From assembly GCA_965649215.1 (NCBI GenBank), contig CBFGJZ010000005.1, forward strand, positions 1 through 39,872: 39,872 bases of DNA. Direction: 5' to 3'. Both the position numbers and the translations under genes were made by a program. The notes below the pieces were generated by a model, which saw only the letters and a program-made list of their open reading frames with translations, did not search any database and was not told the DNA's origin. The stretch comes from a candidate division WOR-3 bacterium (GTDB taxonomy: Bacteria > Hydrothermota > Tepidihabitantia > Tepidihabitantales > CAIPLT01). Shown here piece by piece: positions 29,429-38,237 of the stretch (positions are counted from its first letter, which is position 1; each line of letters starts with the position of its first letter).

Positions 29429-29785
29429 ACGGGAAAATTGATATACTAATCCTCTCATTACTAACTTACTAAGAATAGTGATGTTCTGCTCTCTATGTGA
29501 AGTTAAACAACCAAAAGAGTATCATTAAAATAAACCGTAAACTAATATCACTAACTATCTTAAACTTTCTCAATCGTTTGTATATACCCTACTGTATACC
29601 CCCCTGCCTGCTTCGGGCTTAAACCATGTTAATGGTTAATCAATACTAAGCATAAAGTGAGTCGGTAAGCGTCTTTACAGTCCGCCCTTAAATACAGTAA
29701 TAAGTTTTATAAAATATCGTAAAAAACATTAACCTGTTTATTATCAAGATTTCATTTAGTTCCAATCTCAAACTCCAAGTTATCC

Positions 29786-29813
29786 TTGACTTAAACACTC
29801 ATTTTCTTATAAT
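29786..29813 (+). promoter_or_regulatory. promoter of the Yip1 gene
   Basis: TTGACT, 16 nt, TATAAT. Confidence 0.7.
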
Positions 29814-29850
29814 ACTCACTAATGTGCACTACGAAATATAGGGAGGCATA

Positions 29851-30510
29851 ATGAATATTCTTAATATCTTTCTCGCACCGTACAAATATTTTAACGCGCT
29901 TGGGTCAAAACCAATCTGGCTTTTACCATTAATTATCTTAGTTGCCTTTGCAGTTATCACTTCATCTGTTATTGTAAAAACTTATAGTTATGAAAAAAGA
30001 ATTGAAGCATTACAAGAACGCAATCTAAATCCCGAACAATTCGAACAAGCTAAAAAAATGATTGCTGGTCCAATTCCATTGATTTCTGCAATTGCCGGTT
30101 CTATAATAATCATTCCTTTAACAATCTTGATTGTTACTTTAATTATTAATGTAGCACTGTCATTTTTGAATATAACCAATCAATTTCTCATCACTTTCTC
30201 AATTTTAGTCAGTGCGGCTCTTATTCGTATTCCAGCCATGCTTGTTAAAATGGTTGTCACTTTAATAAAAGGTTCGCCCTTTATCCATACCAGTCTAGTG
30301 CTCTTTTTTCCATTCTTAAATAAAAACAGTTTTTGGTTTCGTTTTCTATCTAAATTTGACCTCTTTACAATCTGGGAAATAATAGTCATCGCAATTGGCC
30401 TTAAAGTTGTGTATGATATACCGAATAAGAAAAGTTATTATTTAATCTTTGGGCTTTGGTTATTTTATGCCATCATCACCTCTTTACTCATGCAAAATAC
30501 AATCCAATGA
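29851..30510 (+). CDS. Yip1 family membrane protein
   Basis: IFLAPYKYF..KPIWLLP, DLFTIW; about five TM segments; SD GGAGG. Confidence 0.8.
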   Translation: MNILNIFLAPYKYFNALGSKPIWLLPLIILVAFAVITSSVIVKTYSYEKRIEALQERNLNPEQFEQAKKMIAGPIPLISAIAGSIIIIPLTILIVTLIINVALSFLNITNQFLITFSILVSAALIRIPAMLVKMVVTLIKGSPFIHTSLVLFFPFLNKNSFWFRFLSKFDLFTIWEIIVIAIGLKVVYDIPNKKSYYLIFGLWLFYAIITSLLMQNTIQ

Positions 30511-30561
30511 TATTACTACTCACCCTGAAAGTTAAATTATTTCGTTATAAATGATAAAGAC

Positions 30562-30589
30562 TTGACAAAACTCTGTGAAGAATTATAAT
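30562..30589 (+). promoter_or_regulatory. consensus promoter of the FmdB-IHF-bS22-tRNA unit
   Basis: TTGACA, 16 nt, TATAAT, 5 nt, ATG. Confidence 0.78.
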
Positions 30590-30594
30590 TAAAT

Positions 30595-30810
30595 ATGCCT
30601 TTGTATGACTTTGAATGTCTAAATTGTAAAAAGACATTTGAAGATTTAATCATGCATTATAAAAAATCCCAAAAAATCTGTTGTCCAAATTGTGGTAGTA
30701 AAAATGTCAAACGACTGATTTCTTTGTTTGGAGTGGCTGGCACTGAAAAAAAAGTTTCCAGCAGTTCTTGCCACAATTGTTCAACAAAGAATTGTAGCAG
30801 TTGTAAATAG
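30595..30810 (+). CDS. FmdB-family zinc-ribbon protein
   Basis: MPLYDFECLNC...CPNCGS..VKRLIS plus C-terminal CxxC-x4-CxxC. Confidence 0.9.
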   Translation: MPLYDFECLNCKKTFEDLIMHYKKSQKICCPNCGSKNVKRLISLFGVAGTEKKVSSSSCHNCSTKNCSSCK

Positions 30811-30822
30811 AGGGGAGTATTA

Positions 30823-31113
30823 ATGACTTTAACCAAATACCACATTATTGAAAAGATTGCGAAAGAACTTAAACCTCGAGTTGCCCGCACCGATGTCTTA
30901 AAAATCTGCCAGATGTTCTTAGACGAAATTACCAAAGCATTGATAAATGGTCATCGGGTTGAATTTCGTGATTTCGGCGTCTTTCGAACTAAACTACGAA
31001 AGCCCAAAATTGGTCGTAATCCCAAAACCAATGTTCCCGTTAATATTCCACCGCGTTTAGTTGTTGTCTTTAAACCCGGAAAAAATCTAAAAGCAAAAAT
31101 AGCAAAGAAATAA
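30823..31113 (+). CDS. HU/IHF family DNA-binding protein
   Basis: RVEFRDFGVF, GRNPKT, FKPGK; SD GGAG. Confidence 0.93.
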   Translation: MTLTKYHIIEKIAKELKPRVARTDVLKICQMFLDEITKALINGHRVEFRDFGVFRTKLRKPKIGRNPKTNVPVNIPPRLVVVFKPGKNLKAKIAKK

Positions 31114-31119
31114 AAGATT

Positions 31120-31215
31120 ATGCCCTGTGGAAGAAAAAGAAAACTGAGAAAAATTAAGCGACATAAATTTAAGAAACGTCGCAAAGCGAACCGCCATAAG
31201 AAAAAGTTACGGTAA
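31120..31215 (+). CDS. 31-aa basic protein, bS22 / COX24-AURKAIP1 (mS38)-like
   Basis: MPCGRKRKLRKIKRHKFKKRRKANRHKKKLR; below ORF-track cutoff. Confidence 0.85.
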   Translation: MPCGRKRKLRKIKRHKFKKRRKANRHKKKLR

Positions 31216-31266
31216 TTCGTGTAATTGGTATTAAGCTTTGGTTACGCTTAAGATCATTACACAATT

Positions 31267-31340
31267 GCGCCCGTAGCTCAGTTGGATAGAGCAGCGGATT
31301 CCGGATCCGCAGGTCGAGTGTTCAAATCACTTCGGGCGCT
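31267..31340 (+). tRNA. tRNA-Arg(CCG)
   Basis: Acceptor GCGCCCG/CGGGCGC, anticodon arm GCGGA-TTCCGGA-TCCGC, T loop GTTCAAAT; CCA not encoded. Confidence 0.95.
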
Positions 31341-31349
31341 TGAATAAAT

Positions 31350-31865
31350 ATGGAATTTTATCAAGTAATTAAAAACCGTAAAAGTATTCGCAAATATAAA
31401 CCAAATCCAATTGCCGAAGATATCTTAAACCGTATTTTAGAAGCAGGACGATTAGCACCATCTGCAAAAAATATCCAGCCTTGGAAATTTATTGTTATTA
31501 AAGACCAAAATATTAAAGAAAAATTAGTTAGTGCTTGTCGTAATCAAGAATTTATTGCTCAAGCGCCAATCGTGATTTGTGCGGTGGCCTTGGAAAAAAT
31601 TGCCTGGGGTAAAATGGGTGGTTATTGGAGTTCGTATCCAGTTGATGTTGCGATTGCCTTAGAACATATCATTCTTGCCGCAACTAATGAAGGATTAGGC
31701 ACTTGTTGGATTGGTGCTTTTGAAGAAAATGAAGTAAAACATATTTTGGCTATCCCTGATGATGTTAAAGTAATTGCCCTAACCCCCCTTGGTTATCCTG
31801 ACCAAGATCCCGAGCCTCGTCCCCGCAAAAGGCTCTCGGAAATAATATCTATTGATAAATTCTAA
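31350..31865 (+). CDS. nitroreductase family protein
   Basis: RKSIRKY, APSAKNIQPWKF, GLGTCWIG, LGYP. Confidence 0.93.
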   Translation: MEFYQVIKNRKSIRKYKPNPIAEDILNRILEAGRLAPSAKNIQPWKFIVIKDQNIKEKLVSACRNQEFIAQAPIVICAVALEKIAWGKMGGYWSSYPVDVAIALEHIILAATNEGLGTCWIGAFEENEVKHILAIPDDVKVIALTPLGYPDQDPEPRPRKRLSEIISIDKF

Positions 31866-31945
31866 ACATCTCCCCTACATCGCTTTTGAGAACTTTAATT
31901 ACTGGCATTTTTAGCCATCAATTAGTTATTGTCAAATCTCTAATT

Positions 31946-32386
31946 TTAATATTTTATTTTTAACCGATAGATTATTGCATCTTCACCATCCGGATAATAT
32001 CTCTTTCTTTTAAATACAGGTTGAAAGTTAAATTTTTCATATAGTTTCTGCGCGGTTATATTAGAGACTCGTACTTCTAGGAAAACACTTTGACATTTTT
32101 TTGCTTTTGCAATTTCAATAACTTGGTTAAGTAAAGCACTACCAATTCCCTGCCGTCGAAATTTTTTGCTTACTGCGATATTGGCTAATTGGAGTTCATC
32201 GGCAAAATGCCATAAATTGGCATAGCCAACTACTCTCTCATCTTTTTTTGCAACTAAACAGTAGCGATTATTTTGCGCTAAATCATACTCAAAAAAACTT
32301 CGTTGCCACGGAAAAGCAAACGATTCTCGCTCGATTTCCAGCACTTGTTCTAAATCTTTATTTGTCATCTTTTGAATTATTATCAT
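31946..32386 (-). CDS. rimI: RimI-like GNAT N-acetyltransferase
   Basis: IERESF..PW, RRQGIG, LEVRVSN..A..LY, RKRYY..GEDA. Confidence 0.88.
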   Translation of the reverse strand: MIIIQKMTNKDLEQVLEIERESFAFPWQRSFFEYDLAQNNRYCLVAKKDERVVGYANLWHFADELQLANIAVSKKFRRQGIGSALLNQVIEIAKAKKCQSVFLEVRVSNITAQKLYEKFNFQPVFKRKRYYPDGEDAIIYRLKIKY

Positions 32387-32407
32387 ATTAGTTCAGCATC
32401 ATAAATT

Positions 32408-32477
32408 ATAATAAGGATCAAAATCACAATCTGTCAACAATCAAAATATTGACTTTTTATAAATGCCGAGTTATATT
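32408..32477. promoter_or_regulatory. back-to-back divergent promoters (rimI / S8 protease)
   Basis: Minus: TTGACA (32437-32432), 18 nt, TATTAT. Plus: TTGACT (32449-32454), 17 nt, TATATT. Confidence 0.6.
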
Positions 32478-32520
32478 TATAAGATTAATGTTACACTATA
32501 AAAAATTCGGAGGAACTCAT

Positions 32521-35199
32521 ATGTACAAGACAATCGTTATTACGATACTTATGATACTGAGTATCGTCAATGCTGAAAAATATCTCGAAAAATATCTCCC
32601 TGGAGAGATTCTTATTCAGTTTCATCAAAATTATCGAGACCAAATAAAGTTTGAGGTTAATGAAGGACGTCTGCAAAGTAATATATCATCAGTTGACCGC
32701 TTAATTGAAAAATGGCAGATAAGTAATTTTGATAAAGTCATCAAAGATCCTAATCCCAATGAGTTAGCTAAAAGTTTTAGTCTTGATTTATTATATTCAT
32801 TATATTTTTCTAAAGATACGGATGTTGAAGCAGTTGTTAAAGATTTCCAAAAAGATCCAGCAATCGCTTTTGCTGGCCCCAACTTAATGCTGCCGGTTGA
32901 TATTATTCCCAATGACCCTTATTTCAGTTCTCAATGGCATCTACACAAAACCCAAGCACCGTTAGCTTGGGATGCGACTACTGGTAATCCTATCTATTCG
33001 GTAATGGCGATTGACCAAGGAGTTGATTATAATCATGATGACTTAAAAAATTCATTTCTAATCAATAATCCTGAAGATGTGAATCGCAATGGATACTTTG
33101 ACCCATGGCCCGCAAGCCAAGGTGGCGATTATGACTATATTGATAATGATGGTAATGGTTATGTTGATGATGTGATTGGTTATGATTTTGTCAGTAATGA
33201 CCCCAATCCTATGCCTGAAGGCGGGGATGATCATGGGACACTATGTGCGGGTGTTGAAGTTGCAACTACTAATAATAACATCGGTGTTGCCAGTTATGGT
33301 TGGAACTGTAAGCAAATTAATGTTCGAGCCGGTTCAGGTGGCAGTATTTACACAACGCAAGCGATCTCAGCTACTTATTATGGTGTTGCACGCGGTGTTA
33401 ATGTCATAAGTATGTCTTATGGTGGCTCTTCTTATTATGCTCCTTCAGACAATGCAGTCCAATATGCTTGGCAAAGTGGCTGTGTGCTTACTGGTTCTGC
33501 AGGTAATCAATATTCTTATGGTGCACCTCGTTATCCCGCTTGTTATAATAATGTTATTGCTTGTGCTGCTTCAGATGCAAACGATATGCGTTCAAACTGG
33601 GGTGGTGGTTATGAATCGAACTACGCACCTTGGGTCGATGTCACCGCACCCGGCACAGCAGTTTTAACCACTGGAAATGGTAATACTTATCAAGCTCCTG
33701 ATGGAACATCCTTTTCTGCACCCTGTGTTGCTGGTTTAGCTCTTTTAATTAAATCAATGTATCCGACCATGACAAATGCTCAATGCACTTTACGAATTTT
33801 TGATTCGTGTGATTCAATGCCTGATCCTCAATATCTCGCTGGCAATTTAGGGCGGGGGCGTATTAATGTGACCAAAGCCATTTACCAGCCGATTCGTTGT
33901 AATCTCCGCACCATCTCAACTCGTCTAAATGATGGCAACGATAATTATCCCCAAGCCAATGAACAAGTAGCGATCATCACAACTATGTTGAATGAGCGTG
34001 GTTTTCAGCCCGCCACCAATGTTTCGGCAACTTTATCTTGTTCAGATCCAGACATCACGATTATAAAAAACACCGCAACCTTCCCAAATATTGGAGCTGG
34101 TTCCACAGGCCATTGTTCGGCTGATTCGTTTGTTTTCCATGTTAGTCCTAATGTCATTCCACACCGAGTTCGATTTATAATCACCAAAACCGCAACTCCG
34201 CCATCACTACGCGCTACCGATACCATTTACATTAATGTCGGTAATCCCCGGATCTTATTAGTTGATGATGACAATGGTGCTGATTATGAACGTTGGTATA
34301 AAGAAGCAATTGATTCCTTAAAAACTTTTTATCGAGTTTGGAACACAATTACTTCAGGTTCTCCCTCATTAGATACTTTACTTGCTTATCCTGTTGTTGT
34401 TTGGTTTACTGGACTTGATAGTCTTAACACATTGACCACCACCGACCAAAACAATCTAACCAGTTATCTAAATTCCGGTAAAAATCTATTTCTTTGTGGT
34501 CAGAATATTGGACAAAATATCGGTTCCACTTCTTTCTATTCCAATTATCTCCATGCCAGTTATGTAACCACTCATACTGCTCAATTATACGCAGTTGGTG
34601 TTCCTGGTAATCCAATTGGCGGTGTCAACGGCGATACTATAGTTTTAGGTGGTGCCGGGGGAGCGGCAAATGCTTCATCTTGTGATGGAATCCGACCCGT
34701 TGGTGGAGCATATGGAGCTTTCCGTTATCGTAACTATGCTGATACAACTGTATATGGAGCAATAAACTTTTCAGGCACTTATAAGGTAGTTTATTTCGGT
34801 ATGCCTTTTGAAGCAATTAATCATTCACCAACACGTTACATTCAAAAATGGGAAGTTATGCGTAGAATTCTTACTTTCTTTAATGAACCGCTACCGCAAA
34901 CGATAACTGAAAATGAAACACCAACAATTAATGTAAATATCAGACCCTCCCTGAAAATTGCTCCTAATCCATTTTCTAATACTACCACCATCAATTTTAA
35001 TTCACCGTATTCCACAACTGCTCACTTAAATATTTATTCAGTTTCAGGCGAATTGATAAAGTCTATTACTACTCATAATTCATCAATAATCTGGGATGGT
35101 ACAGATCAGTTTGGTAATAAACTCTTAAATGGTATCTATTTCTGTGAATTAAAAACCGACTATGGTAATATTGTAAAGAAAGCAGTTATTTTAAGATAA
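32521..35199 (+). CDS. secreted S8 (subtilisin-like) serine peptidase with FlgD/T9SS-CTD-like tail
   Basis: SD GGAGG and signal peptide at ATG 32521; triad IDQG, HGT, GTSFSAP; APNPF..IWDG..GIYF tail. Confidence 0.92.
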   Translation: MYKTIVITILMILSIVNAEKYLEKYLPGEILIQFHQNYRDQIKFEVNEGRLQSNISSVDRLIEKWQISNFDKVIKDPNPNELAKSFSLDLLYSLYFSKDTDVEAVVKDFQKDPAIAFAGPNLMLPVDIIPNDPYFSSQWHLHKTQAPLAWDATTGNPIYSVMAIDQGVDYNHDDLKNSFLINNPEDVNRNGYFDPWPASQGGDYDYIDNDGNGYVDDVIGYDFVSNDPNPMPEGGDDHGTLCAGVEVATTNNNIGVASYGWNCKQINVRAGSGGSIYTTQAISATYYGVARGVNVISMSYGGSSYYAPSDNAVQYAWQSGCVLTGSAGNQYSYGAPRYPACYNNVIACAASDANDMRSNWGGGYESNYAPWVDVTAPGTAVLTTGNGNTYQAPDGTSFSAPCVAGLALLIKSMYPTMTNAQCTLRIFDSCDSMPDPQYLAGNLGRGRINVTKAIYQPIRCNLRTISTRLNDGNDNYPQANEQVAIITTMLNERGFQPATNVSATLSCSDPDITIIKNTATFPNIGAGSTGHCSADSFVFHVSPNVIPHRVRFIITKTATPPSLRATDTIYINVGNPRILLVDDDNGADYERWYKEAIDSLKTFYRVWNTITSGSPSLDTLLAYPVVVWFTGLDSLNTLTTTDQNNLTSYLNSGKNLFLCGQNIGQNIGSTSFYSNYLHASYVTTHTAQLYAVGVPGNPIGGVNGDTIVLGGAGGAANASSCDGIRPVGGAYGAFRYRNYADTTVYGAINFSGTYKVVYFGMPFEAINHSPTRYIQKWEVMRRILTFFNEPLPQTITENETPTINVNIRPSLKIAPNPFSNTTTINFNSPYSTTAHLNIYSVSGELIKSITTHNSSIIWDGTDQFGNKLLNGIYFCELKTDYGNIVKKAVILR

Positions 35200-35208
35200 A
35201 AAAATTTC

Positions 35209-35252
35209 ACGGGTAGTAAGTAAAAAATATATTATGAGAACTTACTACCCGT
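35209..35252. terminator. 13-bp inverted repeat between convergent genes, likely bidirectional terminator
   Basis: ACGGGTAGTAAGT, 18 nt, ACTTACTACCCGT. Confidence 0.7.
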
Positions 35253-35262
35253 TATCTTTTCT

Positions 35263-35994
35263 TCATTTCCCCAATGATAAACGCAACGCTAAGAATTCGG
35301 GAAGCCCAGCTTTAATAATTTTTTCTTGGGCACTTTTAATATTATACTCTAATCTTATATATTCCAACTCACTTTTTCCCCTATCCCAAATCACCAAACA
35401 AGCTCGATTATCGCCATCTCGTGGCTGACCAATACTGCCAACATTAACCAGATATCGACAATTATCTTTTAACCGATAATTTGTAGCTCTTATTTCGTTT
35501 ATAGACTGATTTTGTTCTTGTAATTCAAATATTGTTGGTAGATGAGAATGACCAATAAAACATATCCACTCTTTAAAATAAGCAAATTGATTTAATGCAT
35601 CAGTGTTATCAAATACATATTGCCAACTTGCTGGACTCTCTAATGTTGCATGCACAAGACACCAGTTTTCTTTTTTCTGAACTAATTGCAAATTCGCTAA
35701 ATAATCTAATGATATCTTGGACATTTGCTGTGTCGTCCATTGGATTGCTTGTTTTGCCATGGCATTAAAAAGATTTATATCTGTCTTACCTAAAACTCCG
35801 TAATCATGATTACCTGCTGCAATCTCACAATCTAACTGACGGATTAAATCAATACACTCATTCGGATTTGCCCCATAACCAATCAAATCACCAACAATAA
35901 AAAATTTTTCAATTTTCTTTTTCTCTAAAAAGGCAAGTGTTGCTTGCAGTGCTTCCAAATTAGCATGAACATCTGAAAAAACCGCTATTCTCAT
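35263..35994 (-). CDS. calcineurin-like metallophosphoesterase
   Basis: SDVHAN, GDLIGYG, GNHD, GHSH, NVGSIGQPRDG. Confidence 0.92.
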   Translation of the reverse strand: MRIAVFSDVHANLEALQATLAFLEKKKIEKFFIVGDLIGYGANPNECIDLIRQLDCEIAAGNHDYGVLGKTDINLFNAMAKQAIQWTTQQMSKISLDYLANLQLVQKKENWCLVHATLESPASWQYVFDNTDALNQFAYFKEWICFIGHSHLPTIFELQEQNQSINEIRATNYRLKDNCRYLVNVGSIGQPRDGDNRACLVIWDRGKSELEYIRLEYNIKSAQEKIIKAGLPEFLALRLSLGK

Positions 35995-36047
35995 ATATAC
36001 CTTATTATATAAATATGTATCCCTGACTCTTGTGATAGTTTATTAAT

Positions 36048-36473
36048 CTATTTATCATTCGATTTATTTTGCATTGTCTTTTTATAGATCGAATCTAACA
36101 CCCCATTAATAAAATGTACTGATTCTGCGGTACTAAATTTTTTCGCAATTTCTAAAGCTTCATTAATAACAACTTTTGGGGGAACATCAGGTGAATACAA
36201 TAATTCAGCAGTTGCAACTCGTAATATCGCACGATCGATACTACATAACCGAGATAACGACCAATGCTTTAATGTTTGTTTGATTATCTCATCAATTGTT
36301 GTTAGATTTTTATGGGTCTTCTCAACTAAATTAAGGAAAAAACTTTGTCCCTCTGCATTTAATTTTGTCTTTCCTAGAATCTCTTGAGTCGTCTTTTCAA
36401 TAGGTTCTTCTCCAATATCTAACCGATAAAACACTTCAAGTGCACTTTCGCGAGCGCACCGTCTTTGTTTCAT
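36048..36473 (-). CDS. nusB: transcription antitermination factor NusB
   Basis: RRCARE, IDRAILR, VVINEALEIAK, FINGVLD; follows ribH. Confidence 0.95.
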   Translation of the reverse strand: MKQRRCARESALEVFYRLDIGEEPIEKTTQEILGKTKLNAEGQSFFLNLVEKTHKNLTTIDEIIKQTLKHWSLSRLCSIDRAILRVATAELLYSPDVPPKVVINEALEIAKKFSTAESVHFINGVLDSIYKKTMQNKSNDK

Positions 36474-36943
36474 TACTTAACACTCAAATGTGTAACAAGA
36501 TTGACCATTTCAATTGCTGATTGAGCAGCATGATATCCTTTGTTACCCGCTTTGGTACCAGATCGCTCAATTGCTTGTTCGATCGTATCTGCAGTAATGA
36601 TACCAAAAACCGTTGGAATTTTGGTTTTATAATTAATCTTACTAAGACCTTTAGTCACTACCGAAGCAATATATTCAGCATGCGGTGTATCACCACGGAT
36701 AATCACACCCAAAGCAATGATCGCATCATACTTTTTACTTTCAGCAACCTGCATTGCCACACCAGGGATTTCAAATGAACCGGGTGTCCAAAAAATATCA
36801 GCTTTACTAGCATTATGGCGTTCTAAACAATCAAGCGCACCAGCTAATAATTCCTTGCTTAAAAACTCATTAAAACGGGAAATCACAATCGCAAATCTTT
36901 TACCACTTGCATCAAGCATACCTTTGAATTCTTTGGTATCCAT
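36473..36943 (-). CDS. ribH: 6,7-dimethyl-8-ribityllumazine synthase
   Basis: SRFN, PGSFEIP, IRGDTPH, GTKAGNKG. Confidence 0.96.
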   Translation of the reverse strand: MDTKEFKGMLDASGKRFAIVISRFNEFLSKELLAGALDCLERHNASKADIFWTPGSFEIPGVAMQVAESKKYDAIIALGVIIRGDTPHAEYIASVVTKGLSKINYKTKIPTVFGIITADTIEQAIERSGTKAGNKGYHAAQSAIEMVNLVTHLSVK

Positions 36944-37004
36944 AATTTACCTCCTAAAAAAACTTTTTCTAACTAAATTAAATATAACTACTTTCATCTT
37001 TTTC

Positions 37005-38237
37005 TTAATCGCTGGTTTGTTTTTCAATATTGCCTAAAATATGACCCAAACGATCTCGTTTTGTCACTAAGTATTTAATATTTCGTTTATTAGGTTTAGT
37101 TATAATCGGTACGCGTTCAGTTACTTCTAAACCAAATCCTTTTAACCCAATAATCTTACGCGGATTATTGGTGAGTAATCTTATTTTACTTAAACCCAAA
37201 TCACATAAAATTTGAGCGCCAATACCATAATCGCGTAAATCTACTGGATAACCTAACGCAATTGCTGAATCAACCGTATCCATTCCCTTATCTTGTAAAG
37301 CATAAGACTGTAACTTGCCCAATAGTCCAATGCCCCTTCCTTCTTGACGCATATACACTAAAACACCGCGACCTTCCTGGCAAATTTTTTGTAATGCCAG
37401 TTTTAATTGGGTACCACAATCGCAGCGCAGAGAATGAAAAACATCGCCAGTCAAACATTGAGAATGCACTCGCACCAGAACATTTTCTACTCCGCGCACC
37501 TCCCCTTTCACTAATGCTAAATGCAGATATCCTTCGATTTTATCTTCGTAGACATAGAGTTTAAATTCACCATAAGGCGTTGGTAATTTTGTTTCAACTA
37601 CTTTTCTAATCAGCTTTTCCGTATTTCGACGATATTCAATTAAATCACTGATGGTCACAATCTGTAAATTAAACTTTTTTGCTAATTTTATTAAGGCGGG
37701 CATTTTTGCCATCTTGCCATTGGTATCCATAATTTCACAGAGCACTCCTGCGGGAAAACAACCTGCTAATCGTGCTAAATCAACCGCTGCTTCAGTATGA
37801 CCGGCTCTTTGTAGAACGCCGCCAGCTGCAGCACGCAAAGTAAAAATATGTCCTGGTCTGGCTAAGTCCTGTGGTTTCGTTTTGGGATCTATCAACACTT
37901 TAATGGTCAATGCCCGATCATATGCCGAACTGCCGGTTGTGGTTCCTTTTAACGCATCAACAGGAATTGCAAATGGTGTCCCCAGTTTTGCGGTATTTTC
38001 ACTGACAATCGGTGGTAAATCTAAACGTTCAAATAATTCCGGCGTACCGGCAAAACATATTAAACCCCGTCCATGCTGTGCCATAAAATTAATCTTTTGC
38101 GGTGTGATAGCTTCCGCGGCACACACATAATCACCCTCATTTTCTCGTTCTTTGTCATCTACGACAATGATTATCTTACCTTTTCTAATCAAGCGAATAG
38201 CTTCGGGGATGCTTGCAAATACGCTCTTTGTTTTCAT
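37005..38237 (-). CDS. ribBA: bifunctional DHBP synthase / GTP cyclohydrolase II
   Basis: RENEGD, RAGHTEA, VHSQCLTGDVF.S.RCDC, QEGRGIG, LLTNNP. Confidence 0.96.
   Translation of the reverse strand: MKTKSVFASIPEAIRLIRKGKIIIVVDDKERENEGDYVCAAEAITPQKINFMAQHGRGLICFAGTPELFERLDLPPIVSENTAKLGTPFAIPVDALKGTTTGSSAYDRALTIKVLIDPKTKPQDLARPGHIFTLRAAAGGVLQRAGHTEAAVDLARLAGCFPAGVLCEIMDTNGKMAKMPALIKLAKKFNLQIVTISDLIEYRRNTEKLIRKVVETKLPTPYGEFKLYVYEDKIEGYLHLALVKGEVRGVENVLVRVHSQCLTGDVFHSLRCDCGTQLKLALQKICQEGRGVLVYMRQEGRGIGLLGKLQSYALQDKGMDTVDSAIALGYPVDLRDYGIGAQILCDLGLSKIRLLTNNPRKIIGLKGFGLEVTERVPIITKPNKRNIKYLVTKRDRLGHILGNIEKQTSD

Noticed and set aside
29393..29458. 22-aa N-terminal extension of AspRS
   Set aside because: Covers the promoter; homology starts at MQRT
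32449..32520. TTG start of the S8 protease
   Set aside because: The TTG is the -35 box; SD and signal peptide fit ATG 32521
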